Below are positions 1 to 10,900 of a stretch of 64,000 bases of DNA, piece by piece. The stretch lies in the NCBI GenBank assembly GCA_000388065.2, contig KB932208.1; one strand, given 5' to 3'. The DNA is from Fonticula alba ATCC 38817 (taxonomy: Eukaryota; Protista; Nucleariida). The position numbers and the translations under genes are program-made. The first letter of the stretch is position 1, and each line of letters begins with the position of its first letter. The notes under the pieces were generated by a model. It was not told the origin of the DNA. It ran no database searches and worked only from the letters and a program-made list of their open reading frames with translations.

Positions 1-530
1 CCCACCCCCCCCTGCACAAGCACACTTCGGGGGCAGAGAGAGAGAGAGAGACAGAGAAGAGAACAAGGAACACGAGTGATGTGTGGGTGCATAAACAAGG
101 AGGTGGATGTATTTTGGCGTAGCCGCGCCGCCGGCCCTTCCCCGGGAGGGGGAGGGGGGCGCGCGCAGAGGCATGCCGCCGGGGAAAGACAAAAAGGACA
201 GTCACAGCTGGGCCGCCCAGGCGCGGTTCGGGGAACTGTTCGAACGGAGAGGGGCCCCAGCCACATGTCGAGAGAGGGGAGAGGTGTGTGGAGGGGCTCG
301 AATCTATCTAGATGATCTGGTGTAGGTACACACAGACACCCTCCAATATGCTCGTTGGCCCCACCCGGACCTACCCCTCCCGTCGCGGCCATCGCTCCTC
401 GCACGTGGCGGAAGAGAGGGGAAGAGAGGGGGGGGAGGAGGGAGAGGCAAGGAGCGGAGGAGGAGGGGAGCCCACTACTACACACATGCGCGGGGTGGCA
501 CAAGGGGAGGAGAAGGCAGCGGCGTGCCAT

Positions 531-3500
531 TTACCAGCCGAAGAAGTTGCGCACAGACTCGAGAACCCAGTTGAGGAAGCCGGTGGCCGGATGAGTGTCC
601 GAGGCGTCCTCCACAACGCGACCAGGCTTAGTGGGCTTCGGAGGCTTGGGAGCCTTGGTGGGCTTGGGGGGCTTGGGGGCCTTAGTGGGCTTGGGAGGCT
701 TGGGAGCCTTGGTGGGCTTGGGGGGCTTGGTGGTGGGCTCCGGCACGAAGTTGCTGCCCTGGTCGCCGCTGCTGTCGCTGTCGTCGGAGGAGTCCTCGTC
801 GGAGGAGTCCTCGTCGGAGGAGTCCTCGTCGGAAGAGTTCTCGTCGGAAGAGGAGGCCGGGGAGGAAGAAGAGGCGGAAGAGCCAGCCACCGAGGAGGAG
901 GCAGAGGAACCAGCCACCGAGGAGGAGGCAGAGGAACCAGCCACCGAGGAAGAGGCAGAGGAGCCAGACACCGAGGAAGAGGCGGAAGAGCCAGACACCG
1001 AGGAAGAGGCGGAAGAGCCAGACACCGAGGAGGAGGCAGAAGAGCCAGACACCGAGGAGGAGGCAGAAGAGCCAGACACCGAGGAGCCGGAAGCGGAGCC
1101 GGAAACCAGATCCTCATAGTCAGCGCTGCCGGAGAAGGAGCCACCGCCAGCAGGCGGGGACTCGTCGTCCGGGCGGTACTGCAGCTTGCCGAAGAGACGG
1201 AAGAAGCGCATCAGCTTGAGGGGCGACCCCTGGAGAACCAGAGAGCCATCCATCATGAAGGGCACCGGGTTGGCACCGCCAAGGATGAGCTTGAAGGTAC
1301 GCAGGGAGGTGGTCATGGACAGGGCATTGGCCGCGTTGGCCATGTTGACACTGGCCTCGCGGAACTTGCTGTTCAGGCGACGGGCATACTTCTCGATGGC
1401 CAGGCGGCGCTGGGCCTTCAGCTCCTCCGGGGAGGCCATGCGCTCGGCGAAGAAGGCGGAGCCCTGCTCGAAGCGGCCCTTGGTCAGGAGATCGACATCC
1501 TCCTGCTCGATGGAGGCAATGGAGGCGGCGGTCGACGGCGGGGTCGGCGGCGGCTGGGTGGGAGCCGGGTCATCGACATCGGCCATGGAGTCCTCGTCGA
1601 AGGTGAAGTCGAAGTTGCAGTTGATGGCATACGGCGCCGGGGGGACCGCATCGAAGAGCGGCACTCCGCCAGCCTCATCGAGCTCGACATCCAGGCCGAG
1701 GCGCTGGATCTGCAGGGCGGTGCACTGGGCGGCGATGGCATCATGCTCATCATCGTCGAAGGGCACGCGCACGGCCACCAGGACACTGTTGCGGATCTGC
1801 AGCATGTACGCCTTGCGCAGGTCGGCAAAGCGAATGGTCAAGGACCGGCGGATGCCGGCCGCCTCGCTGGCGATCAGGTTGACCGACATGCTGCGGAAGA
1901 GGATGCGCTCCTCCGGGATGGTCAGCATGACATTGCGGACCTGGCGCTCGGAGGCACGCATGTCCACCACGCCGGTCATCTCCAGGGCCTGGGTCATGTA
2001 GTAGTTGTGGCCGTTGGCCGAGCGCTGGCGGCGAGCCATGGCCACGAGCGAGCGCATGCGCAGATCACGAGCACCCGCATGGTCGGGGTTCAAACGCAGC
2101 AGCGAGGTCGACAGCTCCAGGGCCCACTGGGCGTCATTGGGATCGAAGGCCGCCTCGGCCTTGGCCAGGAGGGTGTCGAAGTCGCCGCCAACCAGATCGA
2201 CGAGCTTCTGCGCGCGGACCGTCGGGTTGAGGGGCCACAGCTCGGCGGCCTCGCCGCTGAACCAGCCCAGGTACGACTGGAAGATGGCACGCACGGCCCA
2301 GGGGACGGTGCCGTAGAAGGGCCGGAGGTCGTCGCGAGCGGCCAGCTCCGGGGGCAGGTCAATCTGGGTGATGATGTCATCCGGCGTGAGGCCGCGGTTG
2401 ATCCAGAAGATGGTCTGGTCGTGGACATGCTGGATGGCATCGCGATAGGCATTCAGGCTGTCGAGGACGGTGGTGGCACCGACCAGCGGCGACCCGTGGC
2501 AGGGAACCAGCACATGGGGATTGGTGGCGAGCATGGTATCGACGGAGGTCATCCACTGGTTGGCATTGCGAGTGGTGGTCCCGCGAATGGCATAGATGTT
2601 GGGGAAGGCCTCGTAGTAGTTGTCGGCGCCGATGAGAGTGCGAGTGGCGGCGATGAAGACGCAAATCTGGTCATCCGACTCGCCGGGGCAGTGAAAGATC
2701 TCGATGGCCGGGATGCGATCCTCGCCCTCGAAGCCGGGAACCCCACCGCCGGCACGCGGCGGCAGGGGGGTCCCATCAATGTCGACATCAGCACCAACCA
2801 CACCCCCGAGGCCGCGATAGAGGATGCGCTCCTTGAAGGTGAGGGTCGGGGTCAGGGTGCCGATGGTGTTGCGGCTGTTGTAGCGCAGGTACGGGCCGAT
2901 GCCGGAGTTGGGGCCGCGATCGGACCCGGTCAGCAGGCTGCCAAACTGGCGCATACTGCGCACATAGGTGACCACCTGGGTGACGCCGACCGTCTCGAGG
3001 AGGTGCGCCTGCAGGGTGTCATGGGCAATGACATCGAGCGGCCCATTGAGCCGGGGATTGAGCCGGCCATTGGAGTCGGTGACGACATCCGGCAGGTCGC
3101 CATTCAGGCCGACACCATCATCGGCGAAGGCCAGGGCACCGTGGACGTGGTCATTGTGGAAGTGCGTGTAGACGATGGCGCGCACGGGCTTGTCGAGGAT
3201 GCGCTGGGGCAGGTGCTCCAGGAAGGCGGCACGGACATCGCGCGCGGCCTCCAGCGACTCGGTGGTATCGACGATCATGATGCCATTGACACCCTCGATG
3301 AGGATGACATTGGCCAGGGCGAAGCCGACGGCCACATAGACACCGGGCGAGGCGCGGATGACGCGCCGGGAGAAGTGGCGCTCGCCGTGCTCGCGGAGCT
3401 CGGCCATCTCCGGCGTGTCGCCGGGGACCGGGGCAAACATGCCGGCCGATTGGCGGTAGCGGGCCACGGCGGCGGCCGACGGCCCGGAGGGCTGGCCCCG

Positions 3501-3653
3501 GAAGGCCATGTACCCGAAGGCCGAGAGGCAGACCACCGCCAGCAGGGCCAGCATGCTGTAGAGGGGGCTACGCGGGCGCCGGGTCGAAGTGGCCGGGCCG
3601 GCGGGGGTGGACTCACCAGCCCCGCGCTCGGTCTGATAGACGGAGTCCGGCAT
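531..3653 (-). CDS. Alkyl/aryl sulfatase, SdsA1/BDS1 family (metallo-beta-lactamase fold, dimerisation domain, SCP2-like C-terminal domain), about 1040 aa, single exon, with N-terminal TM anchor and low-complexity tail
   Basis: Continuous ORF from MPDSVYQ (ATG 3653) to TAA (531). Contains Zn-binding YTHFHNDHVHG (HxHxDH), CPGESDDQ, GADNYYEAFPNIYAIRGT, LVPCHGSP, RPFYGTVPWAVRAIFQSYLGWFSG and NYYMTQALEM, all typical of SdsA1-type sulfatases. Hydrophobic LYSMLALLAVVCLSAFGYMAF near the N-terminus. An N-gap starts at 3656, so a more upstream start cannot be excluded. Confidence 0.9.
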   Translation of the reverse strand: MPDSVYQTERGAGESTPAGPATSTRRPRSPLYSMLALLAVVCLSAFGYMAFRGQPSGPSAAAVARYRQSAGMFAPVPGDTPEMAELREHGERHFSRRVIRASPGVYVAVGFALANVILIEGVNGIMIVDTTESLEAARDVRAAFLEHLPQRILDKPVRAIVYTHFHNDHVHGALAFADDGVGLNGDLPDVVTDSNGRLNPRLNGPLDVIAHDTLQAHLLETVGVTQVVTYVRSMRQFGSLLTGSDRGPNSGIGPYLRYNSRNTIGTLTPTLTFKERILYRGLGGVVGADVDIDGTPLPPRAGGGVPGFEGEDRIPAIEIFHCPGESDDQICVFIAATRTLIGADNYYEAFPNIYAIRGTTTRNANQWMTSVDTMLATNPHVLVPCHGSPLVGATTVLDSLNAYRDAIQHVHDQTIFWINRGLTPDDIITQIDLPPELAARDDLRPFYGTVPWAVRAIFQSYLGWFSGEAAELWPLNPTVRAQKLVDLVGGDFDTLLAKAEAAFDPNDAQWALELSTSLLRLNPDHAGARDLRMRSLVAMARRQRSANGHNYYMTQALEMTGVVDMRASERQVRNVMLTIPEERILFRSMSVNLIASEAAGIRRSLTIRFADLRKAYMLQIRNSVLVAVRVPFDDDEHDAIAAQCTALQIQRLGLDVELDEAGGVPLFDAVPPAPYAINCNFDFTFDEDSMADVDDPAPTQPPPTPPSTAASIASIEQEDVDLLTKGRFEQGSAFFAERMASPEELKAQRRLAIEKYARRLNSKFREASVNMANAANALSMTTSLRTFKLILGGANPVPFMMDGSLVLQGSPLKLMRFFRLFGKLQYRPDDESPPAGGGSFSGSADYEDLVSGSASGSSVSGSSASSSVSGSSASSSVSGSSASSSVSGSSASSSVSGSSASSSVAGSSASSSVAGSSASSSVAGSSASSSSPASSSDENSSDEDSSDEDSSDEDSSDDSDSSGDQGSNFVPEPTTKPPKPTKAPKPPKPTKAPKPPKPTKAPKPPKPTKPGRVVEDASDTHPATGFLNWVLESVRNFFGW
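626..740 (-). repeat. 27-nt coding tandem repeat (PKPPKPTKA, about 4 copies) in the sulfatase tail
   Basis: Visible periodicity gtgggcttNggNggcttgggNgcctt; translation PTTKPPKPTKAPKPPKPTKAPKPPKPTKAPKPPKPTKPG. Confidence 0.9.
782..846 (-). repeat. 15-nt coding tandem repeat (SSDED, about 4 copies)
   Basis: tcgtcggaggagtcc repeated on the + strand; translation SSDENSSDEDSSDEDSSDEDSSDD. Confidence 0.9.
870..1085 (-). repeat. 27-nt coding tandem repeat (SSASSSV[S/A]G, 7 full copies)
   Basis: Unit ccag[a/c]caccgaggargaggcrgargar on the + strand; four VSG copies followed by three VAG copies in protein order. Confidence 0.92.
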
Positions 3654-4089
3654 GGNNNNNNNNNNNNNNNNNNNNNNNNNNNNNNNNNNNNNNNNNNNNN
3701 NNNNNNNNNNNNNNNNNNNNNNNNNNNNNNNNNNNNNNNNNNNNNNNNNNNNNNNNNNNNNNNNNNNNNNNNNNNNNNNNNNNNNNNNNNNNNNNNNNNN
3801 NNNNNNNNNNNNNNNNNNNNNNNNNNNNNNNNNNNNNNNNNNNNNNNNNNNNNNNNNNNNNNNNNNNNNNNNNNNNNNNNNNNNNNNNNNNNNNNNNNNN
3901 NNNNNNNNNNNNNNNNNNNNNNNNNNNNNNNNNNNNNNNNNNNNNNNNNNNNNNNNNNNNNNNNNNNNNNNNNGGGGGGGGGGATCGGGGGCTGCGCGCG
4001 GAGGAGAGGTTGGAGAAATTCTTCGAGGTCTAGGAAAGACAGGAAGGTGTAACTCGCCACTTGGGCAGTTGCCCGTGCGGCGGGGGGCC

Positions 4090-4096
4090 TTATATA
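4090..4096 (-). promoter_or_regulatory. Candidate TATA box upstream of the sulfatase
   Basis: TATATAA on the minus strand, about 440 bp upstream of ATG 3653 as scaffolded (a gap lies between), in otherwise very GC-rich sequence. Confidence 0.4.
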
Positions 4097-7000
4097 TCTC
4101 GGTCCTCTGGCGAGCCGCATGTATCCAGCGGGAGGGGTGGGGATGGGGGCAAGCGGTGCTGCCATGCATGCGGCGAGGAGGGGAGGTGGGGAGACCCCCG
4201 GTCGCCACGCTCCCCCCCCCGGGGGGGTGGCGCGGGGCGGCGGAGCTTGGGACCTGGTGGCACCCCTGGCCGAGGGCGGGGAGGGGAGGAGGGCCGGCCT
4301 CGGTCGGGCCCCGCTGTCCTGGGGCGCAGAAGGGGGCGGGGGGGAGATGCTCTCCGGTGGAAGCCCAAGGTGGCAGGAGATCCCCGCCGTGGCGGGCGCC
4401 ATCCACTGAGGCTACCTCGACCCCTAGGGCCTGCGCGCCGCCCCCGGGGGCCCGAAGTGACGACAGAGAGAACCCCATGTGCGCCGGCCGAGGCGTGCCC
4501 GGCCTCTTGCGCATGCCGGGGGCGCCCACATGCTGGGCGATTGGGCGGACTGTCGCGCTGGGAGACGCCGCTCGCCCGGGCGAGCGTCCAGATATTGCCC
4601 CTCGCCGGGCGCGGCCCTGGGCGGGGATCTCGCCCGGCCCCGGGCGCGCGCCCGTTCTCACAACACAACAGGCCCCCCCCGTCCGAGAGGTGCCGGAGTA
4701 TTTTTACCCCTTGCCGGGCCCCGCCCTCCGGCCGGGGGGGGGGGGCGAGGGGCAAGAGGGGGTCGTTCTCCCCCGATGAGTGCTCGCGTCGGCGAGCCAC
4801 CCTGTTGGGGGCGGGGGAACGGAGGGGGACCCGGGCCCGGACGCGGACCCGGGGTAGCGGGAGAGTCATATGCGGGCCCCATTACTGCTGCTGCTGCTGC
4901 TGCTGCTGCATGGAGGCCCGAATTAATATTTCGGCTCAATTTAATGTTGGCCTTTTCCGTGTGCCGGTGTCGCTTCTCGTGTGGCGTCCAGCTCGGGCGC
5001 CCGGTCTCTTTGTCGCGTTCTTGGCGTGTCTTCGCTTTTTCCGGACCCCATCTTTCGCTCTTTCTCCCGCGGCCTGCTCTTTGCCTGTCCGCCTGCCCGC
5101 CTCGGCCAAGGGGGGAAGGGGGGGCGGCAAAGGAGGCCCGGCTGCTTTGAGGAGATAGCCACAGCATCCCGCTCACGGCCAAGACTCCGGCGCACGGTCG
5201 TCAGTTAAAGCCGCCTCGCGCCGTTTGCGCGCGCGCGCGCGCGCGCGCGCGAGAGCGCCGGCAGGCCCCCGCCCCGCGCTGTCCAAATGCCGGCGACAGC
5301 AGCGCTCCTGTCCCCCGATGTTTCTCCTGTTCGGGCCGCCCCCCGCCCCCGAGGGGCCGGCAGCCCCGCGCCCCGGGGGCGCCCTGCGCTCGCTTCCCCC
5401 GCGCGCGCGCGCGCTCTGGCTTCCGCCCCCGCCGCCGGGTCCCCCTCCCCCGAACCGCCGGCGCACCAGGGCATGGCCTGCATGGCCTGATGAGGCTTTG
5501 GCCGGCGGAGGGCCAAGCTGTTGGCTCTGGTCCGAGTCCCTGGGGGGGGGGGGGGGGGCGCGCGCGCGTCTGGCCGCAGCCCCCGCGCCCGGCTCCTCCG
5601 CCGGGCAGGCCGACCGGGCGCTTGCCGGACGGGAGACCAGGCCCTGCCCGATGGTTCGTGCGTACGGGCGTGCGTGCGCGCGTGCGTGGGGGCGGGAGTG
5701 GCGGGCAGAGGGGCCGGGCGGCATGTCATGCTCGCGTGCGCAGGTGGGGGTTGTCCGTGCCTGTGTGTGCTCTTGGGGCAGCGGCTCGCTGACCGCTCTC
5801 GGTGGCCTAGTGGAATGCAGGAGGCGGCGTCCGATCGTGCAGCTATAAGGGGTAGGGACCGGGGGTGGGGCGGCGTGCTTGCCCGGCACGAGGGCCAGCA
5901 GGGCGCGGCTCGCGTCCAAACCGGGGCGGCGGAGCCGCCTCGGGCGGGGCCGTCCGGTCCCCGGGCCAAGGCGCATGTGTGTGCGCGCGCGCGCGCGCGC
6001 GGATGCCCCCTTGCCCCCGGGCCGGGGCCAGGTGTACGTGCCGGCCGGTGGCGAGATCCACAACAGCCGCCGGGCCAGGCCTCGTGCGTCTGGGGCATGC
6101 GCGTGTGCCTCCCCCCGAGAGCCGGCCCCCGCCGAAGGGGCCATTCCTCGCTCGGCGGGGGGGGTGTGGGAGGGCGTGTCTGCGCCGCATCAAGTTCCAC
6201 CGACGGTCCACCACATGCGAAGGCCGGGGGGCCTGCTCGGTGCGTGCGAGCGTGCACGCGTCGTGTGTGTGCGTGTGCGTGTGTGCGGTCAGTCCATGCG
6301 CAGGGGGGGGCCCTTTTTTCATGACCATCCCCCTTCGGCGCACCGCCCGGGTGGCGCTATCCGGCCGGCCCCCCCCCCCCCCGTGTGCCATCGGGCCGGT
6401 GACAGTTCGCGGAGTGCGCGGGCCCGGCGGCGGCGGCGGCCGGGCCAAGCGGCCGGTCTCTGGCGTGCTGCCAGGCGGCGCGCACGGCTGGCGCCGCCGG
6501 GCCTGGGGTCATGGCGGCCAGGGACATTCGCCCAGCGCGCTGGCGCCCGGGCGAAGTTGCGCCTCCGGTGCGAACACCTGCCCCGGGCGCCGCGTCCGGC
6601 TGGCGGTCGGGCTGCCAGGTGTCTTTTGGCGGTCGCTTTCCGGAGCGGCCGCGCGCATACACACAAGAGGGTGTGCCGGGGGCGCCTGTACGCGCGCGGT
6701 TCTCGCATTCGGCCTCATGCCGGTCCGTGCGTTTGGAGGGTCACCTGCCAGGGGGGCGGGCCTTGCTCGGGGGCAACTGCCCGGTTGGGGGTGTGCGTCC
6801 GGCGGCCCCCTGAGGGTGTGACGAGGCGCGCTCGGGGAGGGCAGGCCGGGGGCGGCGAGCCGGGCGCCAGGATGGAGGAGCACATGCCCGTGCCCGCGCG
6901 CCCGGCGGCGTGTCCCCCCGACGCAGGCTCCACGCATGGCCGCTGTCAAGTGTGTGTGTGTGTGTGTGCGTGTGCATCCACGAGCGCTGTTGCCGCGCCC

Positions 7001-7689
7001 GCCTGCAGGCTGGCTCCCCCCCCCCCCCGCCACCGGGCGCCTGGAGCTCGGGCAATTGATAGCGCGCCCCCTCCGACAATTAATTGCACAGGTTTCCGGT
7101 GCGATGCGACGCGATGCGGCCCGGTGCGATGCGATGCGATGCGATGCGGGCCCCGCCGCCTCGCCCCTCCCGCCACGCATGGGCACCGCCCGCCCTGTGA
7201 AGGAGGGACACATACGCGCCCGGCCGGGCGGCAGCAGGCCCTTCGTTGCGTGTTCCCCCCCCCCCTCCCCCATATGTGTGTTCTTTTGCCGGTGGTGATT
7301 AGTCAGCCGCCGATCGTGCGGCAACCTCGGTCCCAGCCGGCCCCCCGGCCCCGGGCGCCGCCGGTGCGCGTGACAAACGTGCGTGTCCGGGCCCTCGAGC
7401 GAACATAGCGGAGGCGCCGCGCCGGCAGGCCGCGGCTTGTCATTCTGACTCACGGCTCATGGCCGTTGACAGGGGCACCGGCGCCGGGCTTTCCCATGAT
7501 CGGCCGGCGCAGGCGCCGGTCCGCGCAAGCGCCCGGCCAGGCGCCCGTCCCCTCCCCAGCTGGGAAAGCGCGCCCATGAGGGCATGGCTTCGGCCTCGCC
7601 CTTTGCGTTTGGTTCGCATATGCCTGTGAGAACGCGCCCCCTCCCCCTTGTCCCCCCCCCCCCCTCGCCGGCCGCGCCGGTGTTTCTGC

Positions 7690-7724
<35 letters not shown>

Positions 7725-7916
7725 GGAGGGGGCCCGGCTCTTGCGCGGATCCGCCGCTCTGGTCCCTACTCCGGGGGCCCAATTCCAGTCATATGTGTTC
7801 CGGGGGCGGGTGCCGACCCGTGGGTCGGCCGGCACCCCCGCCCCCTAGGGGCCGTCTGGCCGCGCTCGCCGTCCCCACCCCCCGCTCCCCCCGACTCTCG
7901 CTCCCCTGGGGGAGCC

Positions 7917-7947
<31 letters not shown>

Positions 7948-10900
7948 CTCAGAGGAGAAATCGGGTGTCGATGCGCACACGCACGCGGGCGCGCCTTGGG
8001 AAGGTGGAAGTTGGCGCGCGTACGGCCGGCGAGGATTTCACCCGATCCCCCATCCTCGTGCCGGGGGGGGGGGGGGGGGGGGGGGAAAAAAAGGGCCGGG
8101 ATGGCCACGACCGCAGTGGCATCCGGCCCGGCGGCGCCCCAGGTGCCTGGCGGCGCGGGCGGCCGCCCGCGGGGCGAACCGGCCGCAGGACGAGCCAGGG
8201 GCAACCATCCTTGGCCGCGGTGAGATACCGCCTCGGTATGGGCTCGACAAGAGCCGACACATTCTCCCCCGCCCCCGCGGTTCACTACGGTGTGCCTACA
8301 CCCGCCCCGTCCTGCCTCGGCTCCGGGCTCCCCCCCCCCCCCCCCGCCCCCCGACTCCTCTCATTCCTCCGGTCGCGGGCTCCTGGCGTGTGTGCGGCGC
8401 GCACATTCGCACCTGCCCAGGGCGCGCGCGTGCCCCTGTCGACGACCTGGGCGTGCGGGCGGCACGAGAACCCGGGCCTCGGCGCGCCCGGCCCCATCTG
8501 GCAAGGGACTGGCGACAGGGCCCGGGGCCGGGCGGGGGCAGCGACACCACTCCCCAGCTGGGGGTCCTCGCGAGGCCTCCTGCGCGAGACCGGTCCCCCC
8601 CCCCTCCCGGAGCGAGCCGCGCCAAGGAGCGGCCAGTCGTCTTCACCGGTGCATGTTGTGCCTTTTCCGGGCGCCTTGTCCCGGCGCCTCGGCCCTTCCC
8701 CGCGGCTCTCCTCTGCATCTTCCGGGCCGGCTGGATGTGCCGCCTTTGGGGGCTTCCCCCCCCCCCCCCCCCCCTGCCCACCCCACGTTGCACACCATAC
8801 CGGATGGGGGGCCCGGCGCTGCTCTGTTTTCTTTTCGCGGAGCACAGATCCAACAACAGGTGAATTGAATCCCCCTTTCTCGCCCAGGCCCCCCCTTCCC
8901 CGCTCATGGGACGCGGCGGAGGGCGCGGGACCCACTCGTGAGCCGGGGGGATCCCACGGAGCCCGGGTCTAGTTCAGGGTGGGGCAGACGAATTCCCGGC
9001 CCATTCCTCCGGCATGTTACCCCTTGCGCCGTAATCTCCCAGAAGATGCACCCGCAAGCTGCCCATGCCGCCGGCGGGCCCGTACGCCCGGCGTCCCCCA
9101 GGCCGGAATCGGGCTCCCCCCCCCCCCCCGCGCCTCGCGCCCCCGCGGCGCCACGATGGCGCGGCACGCCGGCCGGCCCGATCCCGCGGCCATCTCCGGC
9201 GGCCGGCATGATAGCCTCCGTGACCACCTGTTAAGAGCCGCGAGAGTACGATATTAACCCATTGGCACGACACGGTTACACCGAGGCCGGCCGCCCGGGA
9301 ATTAATCGGCCGCGCCCCGTCGTGGAGCGCGTTCGGCGGCCCTCCGCAGGGATAGCCATGAATCTGCTCTCACACATGAGGGGCCAGCGATCTGGGGCCG
9401 TGTTCCCGGTCGGGGTTGGGGCTCTACCTGTCCTGTGGGTCGTCCTCCGCCCCGGGCCCCGCCCCTGCGTCCTGCCCCGCACGGGCCTCCCTGGGCACAG
9501 TGCAATACTGCCAGCGGCCAAACACGTCCCCGTCGCCGCTGTCCGCCGCCCCCCCCTCCCCCCCCCCCCCCCCCCGCAAGCGTGCGCCGCCACAGGGGCA
9601 CGTACGGGGCTGCGCGAGTCCCGGGGGTCGGCGGGGGCACGCTGCGCGCCCGTGCTCCCCAGGCGGGTGTTTGTTTACCGGCGGCCTCGCTGGCGGTGTG
9701 CGTGCGTGTGCTGCTGGCTGTCCTGTCTGGTGTGCTGTGTCGTGGGCCGCGCCGGGCCGGCCATCCCCCCCCCCCCCTCGGTGTCGGTGCGCCGGGCGCG
9801 CTCACTGGACACGGCGAGGGGGGAGTGGGGCCGGCGGTCGTCCGGGCGCCGGGAGCCGCGTCGGGCTGCCTGCATCGCGGTGGCCCTTCTGTGCCAAGGG
9901 GCGGTGCAAGGGGCTGGGTCCCCCTTCCCGGGTGTCGGCGCATTCCGGGGCTGCGTGCATATGTGCGCGCGTGGATGGATGGGCATGCGCGTGTCCGCAC
10001 CGCCGCGCGCCTTCCGCGAATTTGCGGCCGCGCACACACGGACGCGCTTTGGCTCGTGCGACTTGCCCTCCACACCAGGCAGGGGGGGGGGGGGCTGGCA
10101 GCACGAGCAACACCGCGTTCCTGCCGCAGGTCCAGGTGTCCCGGTCTGTCCCGCGCCCCCCCTCGGCGGGGCATGCGCAGGGAGCCTGCCTGCATGTGCG
10201 CCTGTGTGACGGCCGGCGCGGGGGCGGAAGCACCTACCCGATCACTGGACTAGGGAGTTATGTTCTCTGGAACCCCGCGAAGGTGCATTCCTCCCCCGAG
10301 GGGCGGCCGGGCTGGTTCTGCTCCCCTGGGAGCGGCGTGCTGGACGAGTGTGGCCCCCGTGCCGGGGCGTCGGCAACGCGCGGGGCTGGCCCGGAGAGAG
10401 AAGCCCGCCGGCGCATGTTGCCCCTCATCGCTGGCCCTGCCCGCCCGGCGCCCCGCCTGCCGAACGAGGGAGGGGCAACGGGCTTCCGGGCGTTCTATCG
10501 CCGGGGACCGTGGCTGCCGCGATCGCCACGGCGGCGCGTAGCTCGGGGGGAGGGGGGACGAACAGGGAGGCTCGTATTTGCGCCGGCGGCAGGCCCTGCC
10601 CCGGGTGGGGATTGCGCCGCTGCTCGGCCGCATCAATCCCCCCCCCCCCGGATGCGGGGGGTGCTTGCATGTGTGTCGGCCGGCCGGCCGGCCGGCCGGC
10701 ATGTGTCTCTCTATGCCTGGATCTCATTTGCCCCCCCCCCCCCCCGGGAGATGGGGGGGTGCGCCGGGTGCATGTCCCTCCTCCTCTATGGGGCTCCTGT
10801 CTTCCGTTGGAGGCGGGCATCGCCGGATCGGCAAGGACAAGTCCAGCTGGGGCCGGGATGTTTTTCGAGAGGAGACCCCCAGCCGGCCGGTGCGTGCACG

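Noticed and set aside
626-1085. Regularly spaced direct repeats resembling a CRISPR array
   Set aside because: Units are contiguous, in-frame coding repeats without unique spacers; no cas genes; eukaryotic context.
312-4052. 1246-aa + strand ORF, and the acidic 595-1119 ORF (EEEAEEPDT repeats)
   Set aside because: Antisense shadows of the sulfatase. High GC and third-position bias suppress stop codons, and there are no recognisable domains.
3654-4661. N-terminal extension of the 1376-aa ORF through the N-gap
   Set aside because: The ORF caller reads through Ns; the upstream translation is low-complexity and includes a TATA-like element.
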